64,000 bases of DNA from assembly GCA_963768175.1 (NCBI GenBank), contig CAVYGQ010000001.1, forward strand, positions 574,305 through 638,304. The letters run 5' to 3'. This document shows, one piece after another, positions 1 to 11,332 of the stretch. The notes under the pieces were generated by a model. It made no database searches. It was not told the origin of the DNA and saw only the letters and a program-made list of their open reading frames with translations. Each line of letters opens with the position of its first letter. Positions within the stretch are counted from its first letter, which is position 1. Source of the DNA: Candidatus Doudnabacteria bacterium. GTDB lineage: Bacteria; Patescibacteriota; Doudnabacteria; UBA920. Position numbers and translations under genes: made by a program.

Positions 1-335
1 CGTCACGCCCGTTATTGCCGCTCCTGAATGGAGAGTAGATTCCTGTATGGGTCGCCGTGCCTGTGGGGGGGTCTGACCTGGAGGCCGGAAAAGGCAATTG
101 TCCCCGTGGGACCAACAGTAGACGTGGCCGTCACGGTAATTGAAAACGTCGTAGCTGTGGTAGTGGGCCTGCGCCGGCTATAGCCAGAGTGCCTCCGCCG
201 CTCACTACAAAGGTCACCGGAGTAGTTGAGCTAAATTTCCCAGCCGGTTGGCAAGGTAAAAGAGATGTGCACGCCTTTTGCTATATCACCCGCCACGCCT
301 TCCACAATTTTGGGAGTACTCGCTGTGACGTTGCC
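1..335 (-). pseudogene. Start-less, frameshifted fragment of a Thr/Ser/Gly-rich surface (S-layer/Ig-like) protein; runs off the window
   Basis: Minus strand reads NVTASTPKIVEGVAGDIAKGVHISFTLPTGWKFSSTTPVTFVVSGGG, then after a shift PTTTATTFSITVTATSTVGPTGTIAFSGLQV; no start codon before the upstream gene's stop. Confidence 0.45.
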
Positions 336-370
336 AAGCCGGGGCGAGTTTATTTTTCAAACAACCCAAA

Positions 371-3300
371 CTACGTATGCGAATTCGCAGTGTTCGTCGG
401 GTAGTTGACTATGAATACCGTACCGCTGTCGGCGCCTGAGCTTACCGCACCGACCAAACCGGCATTGCCGTTGACATCGATGAAGGTAAACAGAGTCGCA
501 TAGCCCATACCCACCGACAATGAGTTCGATGAGTTGGAACCAGGGTTGGTGACAGGGACAACAATGTTGTAGGTCTTAGAAGTACCTGCGGCAATGTTGT
601 TGTCGGTGCTCATCGGGACATTAACTGTACCGATGGCAGCAAAGCTCTGGGAGCCCGCTACCTGGCCGGTGACCGAGTCAATTAATTGCAGGGTGCCGCT
701 GGCGGTAACGCCAGAGCTACCTGTAATATTGAACGGAATTTGGGTAACCTTTACATTACCGGCCGCGTTAGCAGCAATGGTAATGGATCCCACGGTAACA
801 CTACCAGTGGTCAAAGCGTTGCCCGAAGAAGCAAGCGTCAAAGTCGGGTAAGAACCCACCAGGTCAAAGTAGTTGGAGGAAGCTTCCACCGCTATGCCCG
901 AGCTCGGGAGATAGGTGGTGGTGCTGCCGGAAAGATACTTGACGCGGATCAGGTTCAAACGGAATTGCTGGTTGGTCGGAACGCCGTTCAGACCTACCGG
1001 GGCAAAGCTCGCGGTTACCGGGACATCAACACCGCTGTAATTGGCCGGGACAGGAATGCTCAAGCCGGTTACGGTGGAAGATGCGCCAACCATTGCAGCA
1101 GTTACGCCGCCTACTGTCACGTTGGTGATAGAGACGTTGGAACCGCTGGCGTTGGTGGTGTCAAAATCCAATTCCTGGATGGTCGCGCCGCCATTGCTGG
1201 CGGTAAAGTTAAACGTAGCGACAGGCTGGTTGGTGCCGCCGCCGATGACAAAGGAAGCCACCGGGGAGGAAGTCTGCGGGGTCGGGTTGTTAATGGTACC
1301 ATTGCCAATGACAATGTTCTGGCCAGACAGCGGAGAAGCTGAGCTGTACAGGTTTACTGCCTGGGCGCTGGTGGAACCAACACCGCTGCCATACAAGGTG
1401 GTTTTAATACCAACCGGGCTGGTGACATTGCTGATGTCAGCATAGACATCTACAGTGGCAGTCTGGTTCGCCGGAACGGTAAAGTTCACGGAGAAGGTAT
1501 TGCCTGAAGACGGGTTAACCGGGGTTGTGCCGTTCGGATAATCCGGAGTCACAATGTACAAGTTAGCCAAGCTGTTCGGAAGATTAGTCGGCGTAGTTGT
1601 ACCGGTCAAACCAACGGTCAAGCTGCTGACTCTTACACCATCGGCATTGGAAGCCTGAATGACATAAGAACCAATCTTTTGCTTAACGGCGTTGGAAGAC
1701 ACAGTCTGGTTGGAATACGCGGTATTCACAGCCAAAGTGCCAGTGCTGGTCGTAACGCTCTGGGAAGGACCAACATACTGGTTACCGACAACACTTACAC
1801 CGTTAGCACCGGTATAAGTCGAGCAAGGAGCGGATACTGTGCAAGCTGGAGTGAGAGTGTAAGAAACTACGCCCTGCAAAGAATTTACAGGAGTTATCAA
1901 ATCAGCTTCGACAGTCGCCAAGTTGGAAGAGGAAGATAGGGTAGAATCGCCTTTCACAGATACCGTAACGGTTGTACCGGCCGGGACTGTGAACAGATTG
2001 GTGGAACCGAAATTGTAGACATAGGTAACGGGTCCAGCAGCTGAAGAAGTGGTTAACACAGCGCTTTGGGAAGAGCCAACCTGGCCGCCGTTTACATAAA
2101 CGGACAAGTTGTTAAAACCTTCGCCGCTGGCTACCGTGGTAGAACCAGCGTTAGTGCCGGTATAATCCAACTCTACAGCCAGATTTTGCACTTTAACATC
2201 TTCACCATAAGCCTTAATAGTCCATTGGCCCAAAGCTACCTGCGAAGCGTTCTTTACGAACTGGGTCGCGGTAAAGGTCGGGTCGGACTGGACGGAAATG
2301 GTGCCGCTGTTAATGGTTGTCGGCGAGTTCGCCGGGGCAACTTGGAATATAGCTGCGCCAGACTGCCATGTCATCGGGACATTAACGCTGTAGTTAGTGT
2401 CGTAGAAGATGGCATCGGCTGCCTGCTGTAAGGTGAATTCAAAGTTGTAGGAAGTGCCGGCTACAATGTCGCCGTTTAAGGACAACGTGTGGCCGCCGGT
2501 GTTTAGAGTTACCGGGCTGCCGGTTAAGTCAAAGATAACAACATTGGAATTGCTGCCGCTGTTGCTAATGCTGGCTGTTGAGCCGACCTGGGCGCCGTCT
2601 ATCATCAATTTGAGATTTTGGATGGCGCTGGCAGAGACGGAACCAATTTGCTTAAAGGCAATGTACTTCATTAACACCGAGCGCTGGCCGACGTTAATGG
2701 TGTCGCTCCATAATGTGGCATTCATAGTGCCGGCATTGATGGTGGAACCGGGGCCGGTTACGCTGGAGTTACTTGTACCGCTCAATTGAACGGTGGCCAA
2801 GTTGTTAACCGCAGCAATCTGGAACAGGTTGCCGGAAATGGAAGTAGTCATCGGGGAGCCGTTGGCAACCGTGAAGGAAGCCAATTGCGCTCCGACAGTC
2901 TGGCCGGAAATTTGTGCCGCGACGTCAACTCTAACAGAAATTTCGGCGGAGCCGGATAACGGTAAACAAACCGTTGGAATTGGAGAAGCTTACCTTGCCG
3001 TTGGAGAACGTACCGGCATCGGTGATGCGGTTGTTGCCCATGTAAAGGTAAACGTTGTTTAAGCTGGTGTCAGCCGAAACGCCAATTCTGTTAACCACAA
3101 CTTGGGTAACAGTGCCGCTGCCGCTAAAGGCAAAATGGGCAATGTCAGCACCGACTTGTCCGGGGCTGTTGTTGCTGAGGCTGTTGGAAACCAAAGTTCC
3201 CGCAGCCGGGGTGTCGGAAGCCAAAGAGGCCGTGACGTTGCCGTTAACCACGGGGGTGCCGCAGTTAGAGGTGCAGCCTGGTTGTGCGGCTAACGCAGTC

Positions 3301-3972
3301 GGGCTAAGTTGTCCGGCTACGCGGGTGGCCATAACTCCGGTTTGGGTCATGGCTTGGTCGGCGGCGTTGGCCGGAACGACTTTGCCAAAGGAATAGCCCC
3401 AGGAATTGAAGGTCGCGACATCCGGAATACCGAGTAATCCGGAGTTGCCGACTAATTGCACGGTGCCTTTGTTGTTAACTAAGGTGCCGGGCAAATGAGC
3501 CGCGGTGGTGTTGTTAATCAGCACGCTACCGGAAGCCATCCAGGAGACATCTCCTGCCATGGAGTTGGTAAAGCTAAAGCCAAGGCCGGTAAAGACCGCG
3601 GCTGAAGTAAAGCCAAATTTTTGGCTATTGCTGATTTCGTAGCAGGTGCCTTTATCGGAGCCCCTGTCGGAGCAGATAATGGAACCGTCCTGCGGCGGGA
3701 TGAAGGAACCCTGCGGTAAAGCAAGGTCTTCAGCGCTGGCGGCGACTACCTGGCTCCAAGAATTGAAGCCATAGGAAAGGAACGCGCCGGCGGAAGTGTA
3801 GGCCTGTCGGTTGCCATTTGGCATAATCATCCAGACAGTTCCGGAGGAGCTCAACGACGTTGGTTCCGGCAGCGTGTACCGCGGCGTGAGCCGCGAACGG
3901 AGCTGCCATGGCCAAAGTCATAGCGACCGCGGATCCTACAGCAAAGATTTTCTTTGCGACAGAATTTTGCAT
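371..3972 (-). CDS. Large secreted S-layer-like surface protein (~1200 aa), split by two single-base frameshifts
   Basis: ORFs 3730-3972 (signal peptide MQNSVAKKIFAVGSAVAMTLAMAAPFAAHA), 2931-3854 and 371-2884 join if one base is removed near 3855 and one near 2956; S/T/G/N/V-rich beta-strand composition. Confidence 0.8.
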
Positions 3973-4672
3973 TTTTTAGTAAAACTCCTTTTTCCCGCGG
4001 GATTGATTATTCAATTGAGACAATCAATTTACCCGTACACCAATTCCCACACAACTGTGGAAATTTTAAATTGATGCGCCAACTGGATATCTTTAGAGAT
4101 ACTTTTATTGATACTCAATTGGTGTTCGGGTTTGTATCGCGGAAAAAAAATTAATTTTTTCATCATTCGCTTCAAACATTTCCGGCGCTCTAGAGATCAC
4201 CGTGATTTTTGGAGGATTGATGTTTATTGAAGCCTTACGGCTCTTAAACTTTTGCGCCATAAGATCGACCTTGAGCTATAAAATAGCCCCATACGGCTCG
4301 CTCAAAGCCATAGGGTTCAATAAAGAAAGCAACTCGGAAAATCGGAAGCTGATTTTCCGATATTCTGGTTTATCTGATTTTCCGAACTTACACAAAGGCA
4401 GACGGCATTTTAAATATATTGTTACAGCCGATCGCCTAAATCTGACTTTAGTAACTTTACATGCAAAAAGTCAGGAAAAGTTTATAAATTTCCGCTTTGT
4501 TTAAGCGTCAATTTTGCGTTTATAAACTTTTCCTGACTTTCTTAAACAGTAATGCATTTGTGCGTCATTTTGTGGATAAATAAGGATTATTGACTTAATT
4601 TAAAGTATTATAATATAAGCCGTGTTATTTGTCAAAAAGATTAGCCGGTAATTAATCGACATACTTCGCAGG

Positions 4673-4746
4673 TGGTCGGGCTGCTGGGAATCGAACCCAG
4701 TCTACCTGCTCCCAAAGCAGGCGTACTACCGGTATACTACAGCCCG
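4673..4746 (-). tRNA. tRNA-Pro(TGG)
   Basis: Cloverleaf CGGGCTG...CAGCCCG-ACCA; anticodon arm CCTGC-TTTGGGA-GCAGG; GTTCGATTC T-loop. Confidence 0.95.
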
Positions 4747-4790
4747 TATTTCTCTGAAATTCTATCATTTCTGAGACTTTCCCACAACTA

Positions 4791-4809
4791 GAAGAGGTGT
4801 CCCCTCTTC
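4791..4809. repeat. REP-like palindrome upstream of RAYT
   Basis: GAAGAGGTGTCCCCTCTTC; same core as 5501-5537 and 58379-58417. Confidence 0.8.
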
Positions 4810-4847
4810 CAGTTTAAATTTATGTTATAATCATACATAATATAGAC

Positions 4848-5495
4848 ATGCGCTACCGCGATTATAAAACTTTTGCGTCCGGGAACTATTACCATGTCTT
4901 TAACCGAGGTAATGGCAAAAACGATATTTATTTAAAATCCGAGGATTATAAAATTTTTATTTATCGTTTGAGAGAAAATCTTTTCCCCGTTACCGAATTA
5001 AAAACCGCCCAATCCAAATCGGAATTTAAATATAAAAGAAAATTGTTGCCTGACAATGCCTTTTCCCTTATCTGCTATTGCTTGATGCCCAACCATTTTC
5101 ACTTACTAATTAGACAAGATAGGGACGTTAAAGTCAGCAAGTTAATTCAAAAACTTTGTACCGGCTACGCGGTCTATTTCCAAAAAAAATACGACCATAC
5201 CGGCCATTTGTTCCAAGGAGCTTTTAAGGCTATTCATATTGAAAATGAAAGCTACTTAATGTGGCTTTCGGCTTATATTCATCAAAACCCTGCGGTCGCC
5301 GGTTTAGTAAAGAACCTTGAAGATTACCCATACAGCAGTTACTTGGATTACATCGGCAAAAGAAATGAAAACTTGTGTTCCAAAGATGTTATCCTGGACA
5401 AATTTAAAAGCCCGGACGATTATAAAAAATTTGTTGAAGATAGCGGAGAATTAATAAAACAACGAAAAGAAATAGAGTCTTTACTTTTAGACTAA
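4848..5495 (+). mobile_element. REP-associated tyrosine transposase (RAYT, IS200/Y1 HUH family)
   Basis: YYHVFNRG, CLMPNHFHLL (HUH), GHLFQG, YIHQNP, YPYSSY motifs; flanked by REP palindromes. Confidence 0.9.
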
Positions 5496-5500
5496 GCGCA

Positions 5501-5537
5501 GAACAGGGGACACCTCTGGAAGAGGTGTCCCCTGTTC
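5501..5537. repeat. REP doublet downstream of RAYT
   Basis: GAACAGGGGACACCTCT-GGA-AGAGGTGTCCCCTGTTC perfect inverted repeat. Confidence 0.85.
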
Positions 5538-5557
5538 CTTGCTGTCCTTTGTTTGTT

Positions 5558-6400
5558 TTAGGCTATCAGCGCATTCCAATCGTCAGCGAATTTTTCTGTG
5601 CCTTTGTCCGTAAGGTCATGGTGGATGTTATATCCCCGCCAGGGTTTGTTTAAATTTATTTCCTGATATGGCATTGGAGCTAACGCGGAATTTTGAAATT
5701 GGAAATTGGAAATTGGAAATTTCGCATCCGCCCACTTTTTTAGCACCTTCAGCGGCGCGGTAATAATATCCGCATCCAGCTCAATAGATCGCATAAAATG
5801 TTCCGTTGATCTTACCGAAGCAACCAAAACCTCAACGTGCTTGTCGCCGGGTTGATACATTTTTATAACATTCGCTATTAAGTCCATTCCATTCTCTCCT
5901 TTGTCATCCAAACGGCCGACAAACGGGGAAAGGAAGACATCGCCTTTTTTCGCTCCCCGCGTGGCGGCATAAACCGCCGCGGCCTGCTCCTGGCTGAAAA
6001 CCAACGTCATATTTACCCGCATACCCTCTTTTACGCTTATCTCGGCCGCCCTTAAACCCTCCGTAGTAGTCGGATATTTTATATGGGCGTTAGGAATCCA
6101 TTTAAAAAATTGCCTGCCTTGCTCCAACATTTGTTCGGCCGAGGTTTGTCTGTCAGCATAAACTTCTATGGAAACCGACCCTTGCGGAAGAAGCGACGAT
6201 ATTTCACCAACCACGCCTCGATAAAAATCCAGCAATTCTTGTTTGCTGAATTTTTTCCCCGCAGTCTGCGGATTTTTGGCAATAAGCGAAGGGTTGGTTG
6301 TTTGCCCATCCAAAAATCCTAAGCCAGACAAAGCCTCCCGCGTCTCCGCCGGATCGCCGCTGTCAAGGAAAATTTTTGTTTTTAATCCAATAAGTCTCAT
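5558..6400 (-). CDS. tal: Transaldolase / fructose-6-phosphate aldolase family
   Basis: IFLDS, GQTTNPSLI, VSIEV, HIKYPTT, VNMTLVFS, SPFVGRLDD. Confidence 0.9.
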   Translation of the reverse strand: MRLIGLKTKIFLDSGDPAETREALSGLGFLDGQTTNPSLIAKNPQTAGKKFSKQELLDFYRGVVGEISSLLPQGSVSIEVYADRQTSAEQMLEQGRQFFKWIPNAHIKYPTTTEGLRAAEISVKEGMRVNMTLVFSQEQAAAVYAATRGAKKGDVFLSPFVGRLDDKGENGMDLIANVIKMYQPGDKHVEVLVASVRSTEHFMRSIELDADIITAPLKVLKKWADAKFPISNFQFQNSALAPMPYQEINLNKPWRGYNIHHDLTDKGTEKFADDWNALIA

Positions 6401-6426
6401 AAGCCTTATACGACGTGTACGTCTCG

Positions 6427-7125
6427 TCAGTTAAACAGGTGCTCCGGCAAGGTTTTTATATACTCATACGCCTCTTCGGCGGTCTCTACCAGATGGTAAA
6501 TATCCATGTCTGTTTCGTCAATAGCATGGTTTTTCTCATAGACTGTCTCCCAAATCCAATCAAGTAAAGGACCCCAAAATTCTTCGCTGATAAGCACAAT
6601 CGGCACGCGCCTGATTTTTTTTGTCTGGATTAGCGTAATCATTTCAAACAGTTCGTCCATCGTGCCAAAACCGCCGGGAAAAAATACGTAAATTTGCGAG
6701 GCGTATTCCAGCATGACCTTTCTGGTAAAGAAAAAACCAAAACCCTTGCTTTCCTTGACATATTGGTTGGTGCGCTGCTCAAAAGGCAGGCGGATATTTA
6801 TGCCGACTGATTTCCCTCCGGCCTCAAACGCGCCTTTGTTGGCCGCTTCCATAATGCCCGGGCCGCCGCCGGTCATTATGGCAAAACCGGCCTTGGAAAG
6901 CTTGTAAGCCAATCTTGTGGCGTCTTCATAAACCTTGGATTCCAGGCCGCTTCTGGCGCTGCCCATTATGCTTACGGCTTTTTTATACTTGCTTAAAAAA
7001 CCGAAGCCTTCGCTAAATTCCTCGTTAATACGGTCAAGCATTTTAGGCGAAACTTTTCTCGCCTTGCCGCGCCGGAACTTTTCAAAATGTTCGTTTGGTT
7101 TGAATTCGGGTTTTCTGGTTAGCAT
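6427..7125 (-). CDS. LOG family (TIGR00730) nucleotide phosphoribohydrolase
   Basis: [28 protein letters not shown] motifs. Confidence 0.9.
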   Translation of the reverse strand: MLTRKPEFKPNEHFEKFRRGKARKVSPKMLDRINEEFSEGFGFLSKYKKAVSIMGSARSGLESKVYEDATRLAYKLSKAGFAIMTGGGPGIMEAANKGAFEAGGKSVGINIRLPFEQRTNQYVKESKGFGFFFTRKVMLEYASQIYVFFPGGFGTMDELFEMITLIQTKKIRRVPIVLISEEFWGPLLDWIWETVYEKNHAIDETDMDIYHLVETAEEAYEYIKTLPEHLFN

Positions 7126-7177
7126 AGGTTCATATTAATATTTAAACATATTAACACCCCCAAAAATTCCTCGTCTT

Positions 7178-7228
7178 GTTAAGATGATAAAATGTTAAGA
7201 TGATAAAATGTTAAGATGATAAAATGAT
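7178..7228. repeat. Tandem 16-mer (ATGTTAAGATGATAAA) about x3
   Basis: Directly visible; related array at 63215-63320. Confidence 0.8.
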
Positions 7229-7246
7229 GGGTTAATTAATCTTGTG

Positions 7247-8275
7247 TTACTTCCCCTCCATCTCCTTCGTATATTGCCCCAATGTGGCTAGGCCGTTCAT
7301 TTTGGCGCGGTGCAGAAAAGCTTGTTGCGCGGCCGCGGCATTTTCCGCTTTGCCGTTCCAGATTTTTAGCGCGCTATCCTGCAGCGCGCGGCCATAAGAA
7401 AAGCTCAACTGCCAGGGCAATTCTCCTAAAAGATGCATGGCATTCAAATTTTCCGTTGCCTCAACTTCGCTCTGCCCGCCGGAAAGGAAAGCCTGCCCGG
7501 GCAAACCGTTAGGCAGTACTTTTTTAAAAAGCGCTACCGTGACCTCGGCAATTTGCGCAGCTGACAGTTTTTCCTCCGATTCTTTTCCCGGGATAACCAT
7601 ATTAGTTTTTAGAATCATGCCTTCCGGAACCACGCGTAAAGCCTGCAGTTCTTCAAACACGTAAGTCAAAGTTTTTTCACTGACTTCCGCACAACGGGCC
7701 GTACTGTGGTTGCCGTCCATCAGCACTTCCGGCTCCACCATAGGGACCAAGCCCGCCTGCTGGCAAGCCAAAGCGTAAGCGGCCAAAATTTTGGCATTTT
7801 GGCGGATGTTGCTCTTGGTGGGCAAATCTTTGCCGATGGTAATTACGGCCCGCCATTTGGCGAATTTCGCGCCCAAAATCACATATTCGGCCAGCCGCTT
7901 GGGCAAACCATCCAAACCTTTGGTCAATTTTTCTTCGGGCGATTCTTTAAAGCTTTCCGTGCCCAAATCCACCTTAATCCCCGGCAGTACCCCGGCCGCC
8001 TGCAATATGGAGATGAAACTCCGACCGTCTTTGGCAACTTGTCGGATGGTCTCGTCGTACATAATCGCACTGCTAATGTATTTGCCAATGTCGGGCGTGG
8101 TAAATAACATCTCCCGGTAAGACCGCCGGTAGGGTTCTTCGTTCGGCAAACCGATTTTCTCAAACCTTTTGCCAATGGTTCCCGTGCTCTCGTCCGCCGC
8201 CAAAATCCCCTTGCCCGGCGCGACCATGGCTTTGGCGATTTTGTTAAGTTCTTGGATTTTCGCTCGGTCTAACAT
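7247..8275 (-). CDS. fba: Class I fructose-bisphosphate aldolase
   Basis: GKGILAADES, GIKVD, AKWRAV, PMVEPEV, FLSGGQ, SFSYGRALQ. Confidence 0.95.
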   Translation of the reverse strand: MLDRAKIQELNKIAKAMVAPGKGILAADESTGTIGKRFEKIGLPNEEPYRRSYREMLFTTPDIGKYISSAIMYDETIRQVAKDGRSFISILQAAGVLPGIKVDLGTESFKESPEEKLTKGLDGLPKRLAEYVILGAKFAKWRAVITIGKDLPTKSNIRQNAKILAAYALACQQAGLVPMVEPEVLMDGNHSTARCAEVSEKTLTYVFEELQALRVVPEGMILKTNMVIPGKESEEKLSAAQIAEVTVALFKKVLPNGLPGQAFLSGGQSEVEATENLNAMHLLGELPWQLSFSYGRALQDSALKIWNGKAENAAAAQQAFLHRAKMNGLATLGQYTKEMEGK

Positions 8276-8305
8276 AAAAAGTTGAATTAATTTTTCAATA
8301 ATTCT

Positions 8306-8683
8306 TTAATCATTTATATTAACTCGGTATGCGCTCTCGTCAATAACTTCTATTAATAGCTCCTCTTCGCCTTTAGTCAGTTTGCGTTTTATGGCCTTTT
8401 CTATTTTATCAAAGAAAAAAAACGAAAGTTCAAAAAAAATATTCTTTTTCTCCAAAGTAAAACTCCTTAAGTTTAATCTGGCGGCTAAATCCTTTATTTG
8501 CCCATCGGTCAAAACCTCGGCGCTTTTTATTCCCCGAGCCCAGTCTTCTATAGCTTTGCCAACCGCGGACTCAACTTCCTTTCTCTCTTCTATTATTACC
8601 CTGGACGCCTGGGCTTGCTCCATAATTTCTTCCGGTTCGCGTCCTCCTTCTCTATGATGGTGCCAATGGCTGTTTTCTGCCAT
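8306..8683 (-). CDS. Hypothetical protein
   Basis: 125-aa ORF in operon context between glpX and fba. Confidence 0.6.
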   Translation of the reverse strand: MAENSHWHHHREGGREPEEIMEQAQASRVIIEERKEVESAVGKAIEDWARGIKSAEVLTDGQIKDLAARLNLRSFTLEKKNIFFELSFFFFDKIEKAIKRKLTKGEEELLIEVIDESAYRVNIND

Positions 8684-8685
8684 AA

Positions 8686-9666
8686 TTATTTTTTTGAATG
8701 ATGATACGTTATTATGTATCTTACTGTCCCGCTCTGTCCGCGGATGACAATGGAATGCGTGATAATTTTACTATCTTGATACCGGACGCCTTGCAGCAAC
8801 GGGCCATCAATGACGCCGGTTGCGGTAAAGGTTAAAGTTTTTCCTTTGGCTAAATCGTTGACATTGTAAATTTTTGTAGTTGTCAAGCCAGCTTTTTTAA
8901 CTAACGATGCATGATGTTCGTCTTTGGGCTTAAAACGGCATAATAATTGCCCGCCGAGGATTTTTATTGCCACGCCCGCCAAAACCGCTTCCGCACTGGC
9001 ACCAATACCCATCAGCAAATCTATTCCGGACTCCGGCAGGCACGGCGCAATGCCGCCGGCCACGTCGCCGTCGGTAATTAAGCGCACGCGGGCGCCGGCT
9101 TTCCTAACCTCGCTAATGAGCTGCTCATGCCGCGGCCGGTCCAAAATGCACACGGTAATGTCGCCAACCTTTTTACCGAGCGCTTTGGCGGTATTTTTTA
9201 TATTAACCGATGTCGGCGCATCCAATTTAATAACTTTCGCGGCTTTGGGACCGGCCGCGATTTTTTCCATATAAGTGTCGGGGGCATTAAGCAAAGTTCC
9301 CTTAGCCCCGGCGGCAATGACGGTTATGGCGTTATAACGCCCATAAGCCACGCTATCGGTACACTCCAGCGGGTCTATGGCAAGATCCATGTGTGTTATT
9401 CTCCCCCTTGCAGAGGGGGAGCTAGAGGGGGTGGCTTTCCATCCGCGCCCGACTTTTTCCCCGTTATAAAGCTCGGCCGATTCGTCTTTGCTGCCTTCGC
9501 CGATTACCACGGTACCGGCAAAATCTATTTGGTTAAACCGGTCGCGCATTTCGTCCACGGCCGCGGCATCGGCCTTTTTAGCCTCGCCCTTGCCCACCCA
9601 CTTGGAAGCGGCAATCGCCGCCGCCTCGGTTACCCGCACAAATTCTAACGCTAAATTTCTGTCCAT
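8686..9666 (-). CDS. glpX: Class II fructose-1,6-bisphosphatase
   Basis: LEFVRVTEAAA, VVIGEG, AIDPLE, APDTYMEK, LDRPRH, DGDVAG, ATGV. Confidence 0.95.
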   Translation of the reverse strand: MDRNLALEFVRVTEAAAIAASKWVGKGEAKKADAAAVDEMRDRFNQIDFAGTVVIGEGSKDESAELYNGEKVGRGWKATPSSSPSARGRITHMDLAIDPLECTDSVAYGRYNAITVIAAGAKGTLLNAPDTYMEKIAAGPKAAKVIKLDAPTSVNIKNTAKALGKKVGDITVCILDRPRHEQLISEVRKAGARVRLITDGDVAGGIAPCLPESGIDLLMGIGASAEAVLAGVAIKILGGQLLCRFKPKDEHHASLVKKAGLTTTKIYNVNDLAKGKTLTFTATGVIDGPLLQGVRYQDSKIITHSIVIRGQSGTVRYIITYHHSKK

Positions 9667-9798
9667 AGGTTTTATTATATCAATGATTGCTTTAAATGCC
9701 TTATAACTTATTTTACCCTAAATCCCAAAATTTTCCAAAACGCCAAAAACAAAAATCACATTATTTAACGGCCGTTAAATAATGTGATTTTAAGCTGT

Positions 9799-10971
9799 TT
9801 ATTTCCTGGCTTTCGCCATTTTTTTTAGTTCTCTGATTTTATCCGTTTTCTCCCACGGGAATTTTACGTCAGTACGGCCAAAATGCCCGTAGGACGCGGT
9901 TTGTTCGTAAATCGGACGCTCCAGATTTAATTGTTTGATAATGTCGGCCGGTTTTAGCGGAAAGATTTCTTCCACGATTTTTTCCAAACGGTCATCGCTA
10001 ATCCTGCCGGTACCGTAAGTATCCACCATGGCGGAAACCGGTTTGGCCACGCCAATGGCGTAAGCCAGCTGCACCAGACATTTTTTCGCTAAACCCGACG
10101 CCACCACATTTTTGGCAATATAGCGCGCGGCATAAGCGGCGCTGCGGTCAACTTTGGTCACGCACTTGCCGCTAAAACATCCACCCCCGTGCGGCGCATA
10201 GCCGCCGTAAGTATCCACAATAATTTTGCGCCCGGTGAGCCCCGCGTCCGCTGGCGGCCCGCCCAGCACAAACCTGCCGGTGGAATTAATAAAAATCCTG
10301 ATATTTTTGTTAAACCACTTGCCGAGCACGGGCTTTATAACATATTGGGTAATTTCGCCGCGCAATTTTTCTGTGGTTACTTCTTCGGAATGATGCGCGG
10401 CGATGACGACCGTGGTAACTCTTCTTGGTTTTCCATTAACATACTCAATGCTGACTTGCGATTTGCCGTCCGGCCGCAAATACGGCAATTTTTTATTCTT
10501 GCGTACCTCGGCCAGCTTGCGGGTTAAGCCATGGGCCAAAGAGATTGGCAGCGGCATCAGCTCCTTGGTTTCGTCGCAGGCAAAACCGAACATTAACCCC
10601 TGGTCACCCGCGCCCTGTTCCTTAAACTCACCCTTGCCTTCGTCTACTCCTTGCGCGATATCAGGCGACTGTTCATGAAGCGTGCTAATGACACCGACAT
10701 CGGAAAAACAAAAACCGTATTCCGGCTTGTCGTAACCGATTTTTTTAAGCGTCCGCCTAACCACGCTTTGGATGTCCACATAAGCCTTGGTGCGCGCCTC
10801 GCCGCCCACAACTACCAAACCAGTGGTGGCAAAACATTCTATGCCGGCGTGCGCCTTTTTGTCCTGCCTAAGCATTTCATCGTACACGGCGTCGGAAATT
10901 TGGTCGCAAACTTTATCCGGATGCCCTTCGGTTACGGACTCGGAGGTAAAAACGTAGCTCTTTTTGATCAT
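9799..10971 (-). CDS. metK: S-adenosylmethionine synthetase
   Basis: [41 protein letters not shown]. Confidence 0.98.
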   Translation of the reverse strand: MIKKSYVFTSESVTEGHPDKVCDQISDAVYDEMLRQDKKAHAGIECFATTGLVVVGGEARTKAYVDIQSVVRRTLKKIGYDKPEYGFCFSDVGVISTLHEQSPDIAQGVDEGKGEFKEQGAGDQGLMFGFACDETKELMPLPISLAHGLTRKLAEVRKNKKLPYLRPDGKSQVSIEYVNGKPRRVTTVVIAAHHSEEVTTEKLRGEITQYVIKPVLGKWFNKNIRIFINSTGRFVLGGPPADAGLTGRKIIVDTYGGYAPHGGGCFSGKCVTKVDRSAAYAARYIAKNVVASGLAKKCLVQLAYAIGVAKPVSAMVDTYGTGRISDDRLEKIVEEIFPLKPADIIKQLNLERPIYEQTASYGHFGRTDVKFPWEKTDKIRELKKMAKARK

Positions 10972-11071
10972 TTGATCCTCTACTAAATACGAAAGAGACT
11001 AAATACTAAATCTGTCTTTTTTCGTATTTCGTTAATTTTAGTATTTCGTAGAAATTGCACGCTAGTGCAAT

Positions 11072-11094
11072 AAAAAACCGCCTATCGGCGGGTT
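11072..11094 (-). terminator. Expression-platform terminator of the SAM riboswitch
   Basis: AACCCGCCGATAGGCGGTTTTTT on minus strand just after P1. Confidence 0.7.
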
Positions 11095-11100
11095 GTAAAA

Positions 11101-11327
11101 TTATCTTCCCCGCTCGGGGCTAGAAGTAGCACCTTTCGTATGGGGGTCCCCAAAAATTAGGAGCGCAATTTCCGTAATGCTTTACGGAAATGAGCACGGA
11201 TTTTTGGGGAGAGGAGCAACTGCGGAGAGCTAAGTTTCCGATTTTTATCGGAACGAAAGCTCGAAGCAAGTTGCGACGAGGTTGCTGGCAGGTCATTGGG
11301 CTAGATCCCTCACTGCACTCTTGATAA
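11101..11327 (-). ncRNA. SAM-I (S-box) riboswitch with expanded P3
   Basis: TTATCAAGAG...GAGGGATCTAGCCCAATGACC...CAGCAACC [~140 nt] AAGGTGCTACTTC...GAAGATAA, directly upstream of metK. Confidence 0.9.
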
Positions 11328-11332
11328 ATTAT

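Noticed and set aside
594-3396. Plus-strand ORFs overlapping the S-layer gene, and similar antisense ORFs throughout the window
   Set aside because: Shadow frames of well-supported genes with no motifs of their own.
2931-3860. Programmed frameshifting or phase variation in the S-layer gene
   Set aside because: Both shifts are single extra bases with no homopolymer or slippery tract, and a similar one occurs in the hisS-like gene; sequencing indels are more likely.
4572-4580. DnaA box / replication origin
   Set aside because: Isolated TGTGGATAA; no box cluster or dnaA context.
7178-7228. CRISPR array
   Set aside because: Tandem units without unique spacers; no cas genes in the window.
10155-10185. 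Inactive MetK because GKD reads GKC
   Set aside because: All other catalytic motifs and the riboswitch are intact; a single substitution is insufficient evidence.
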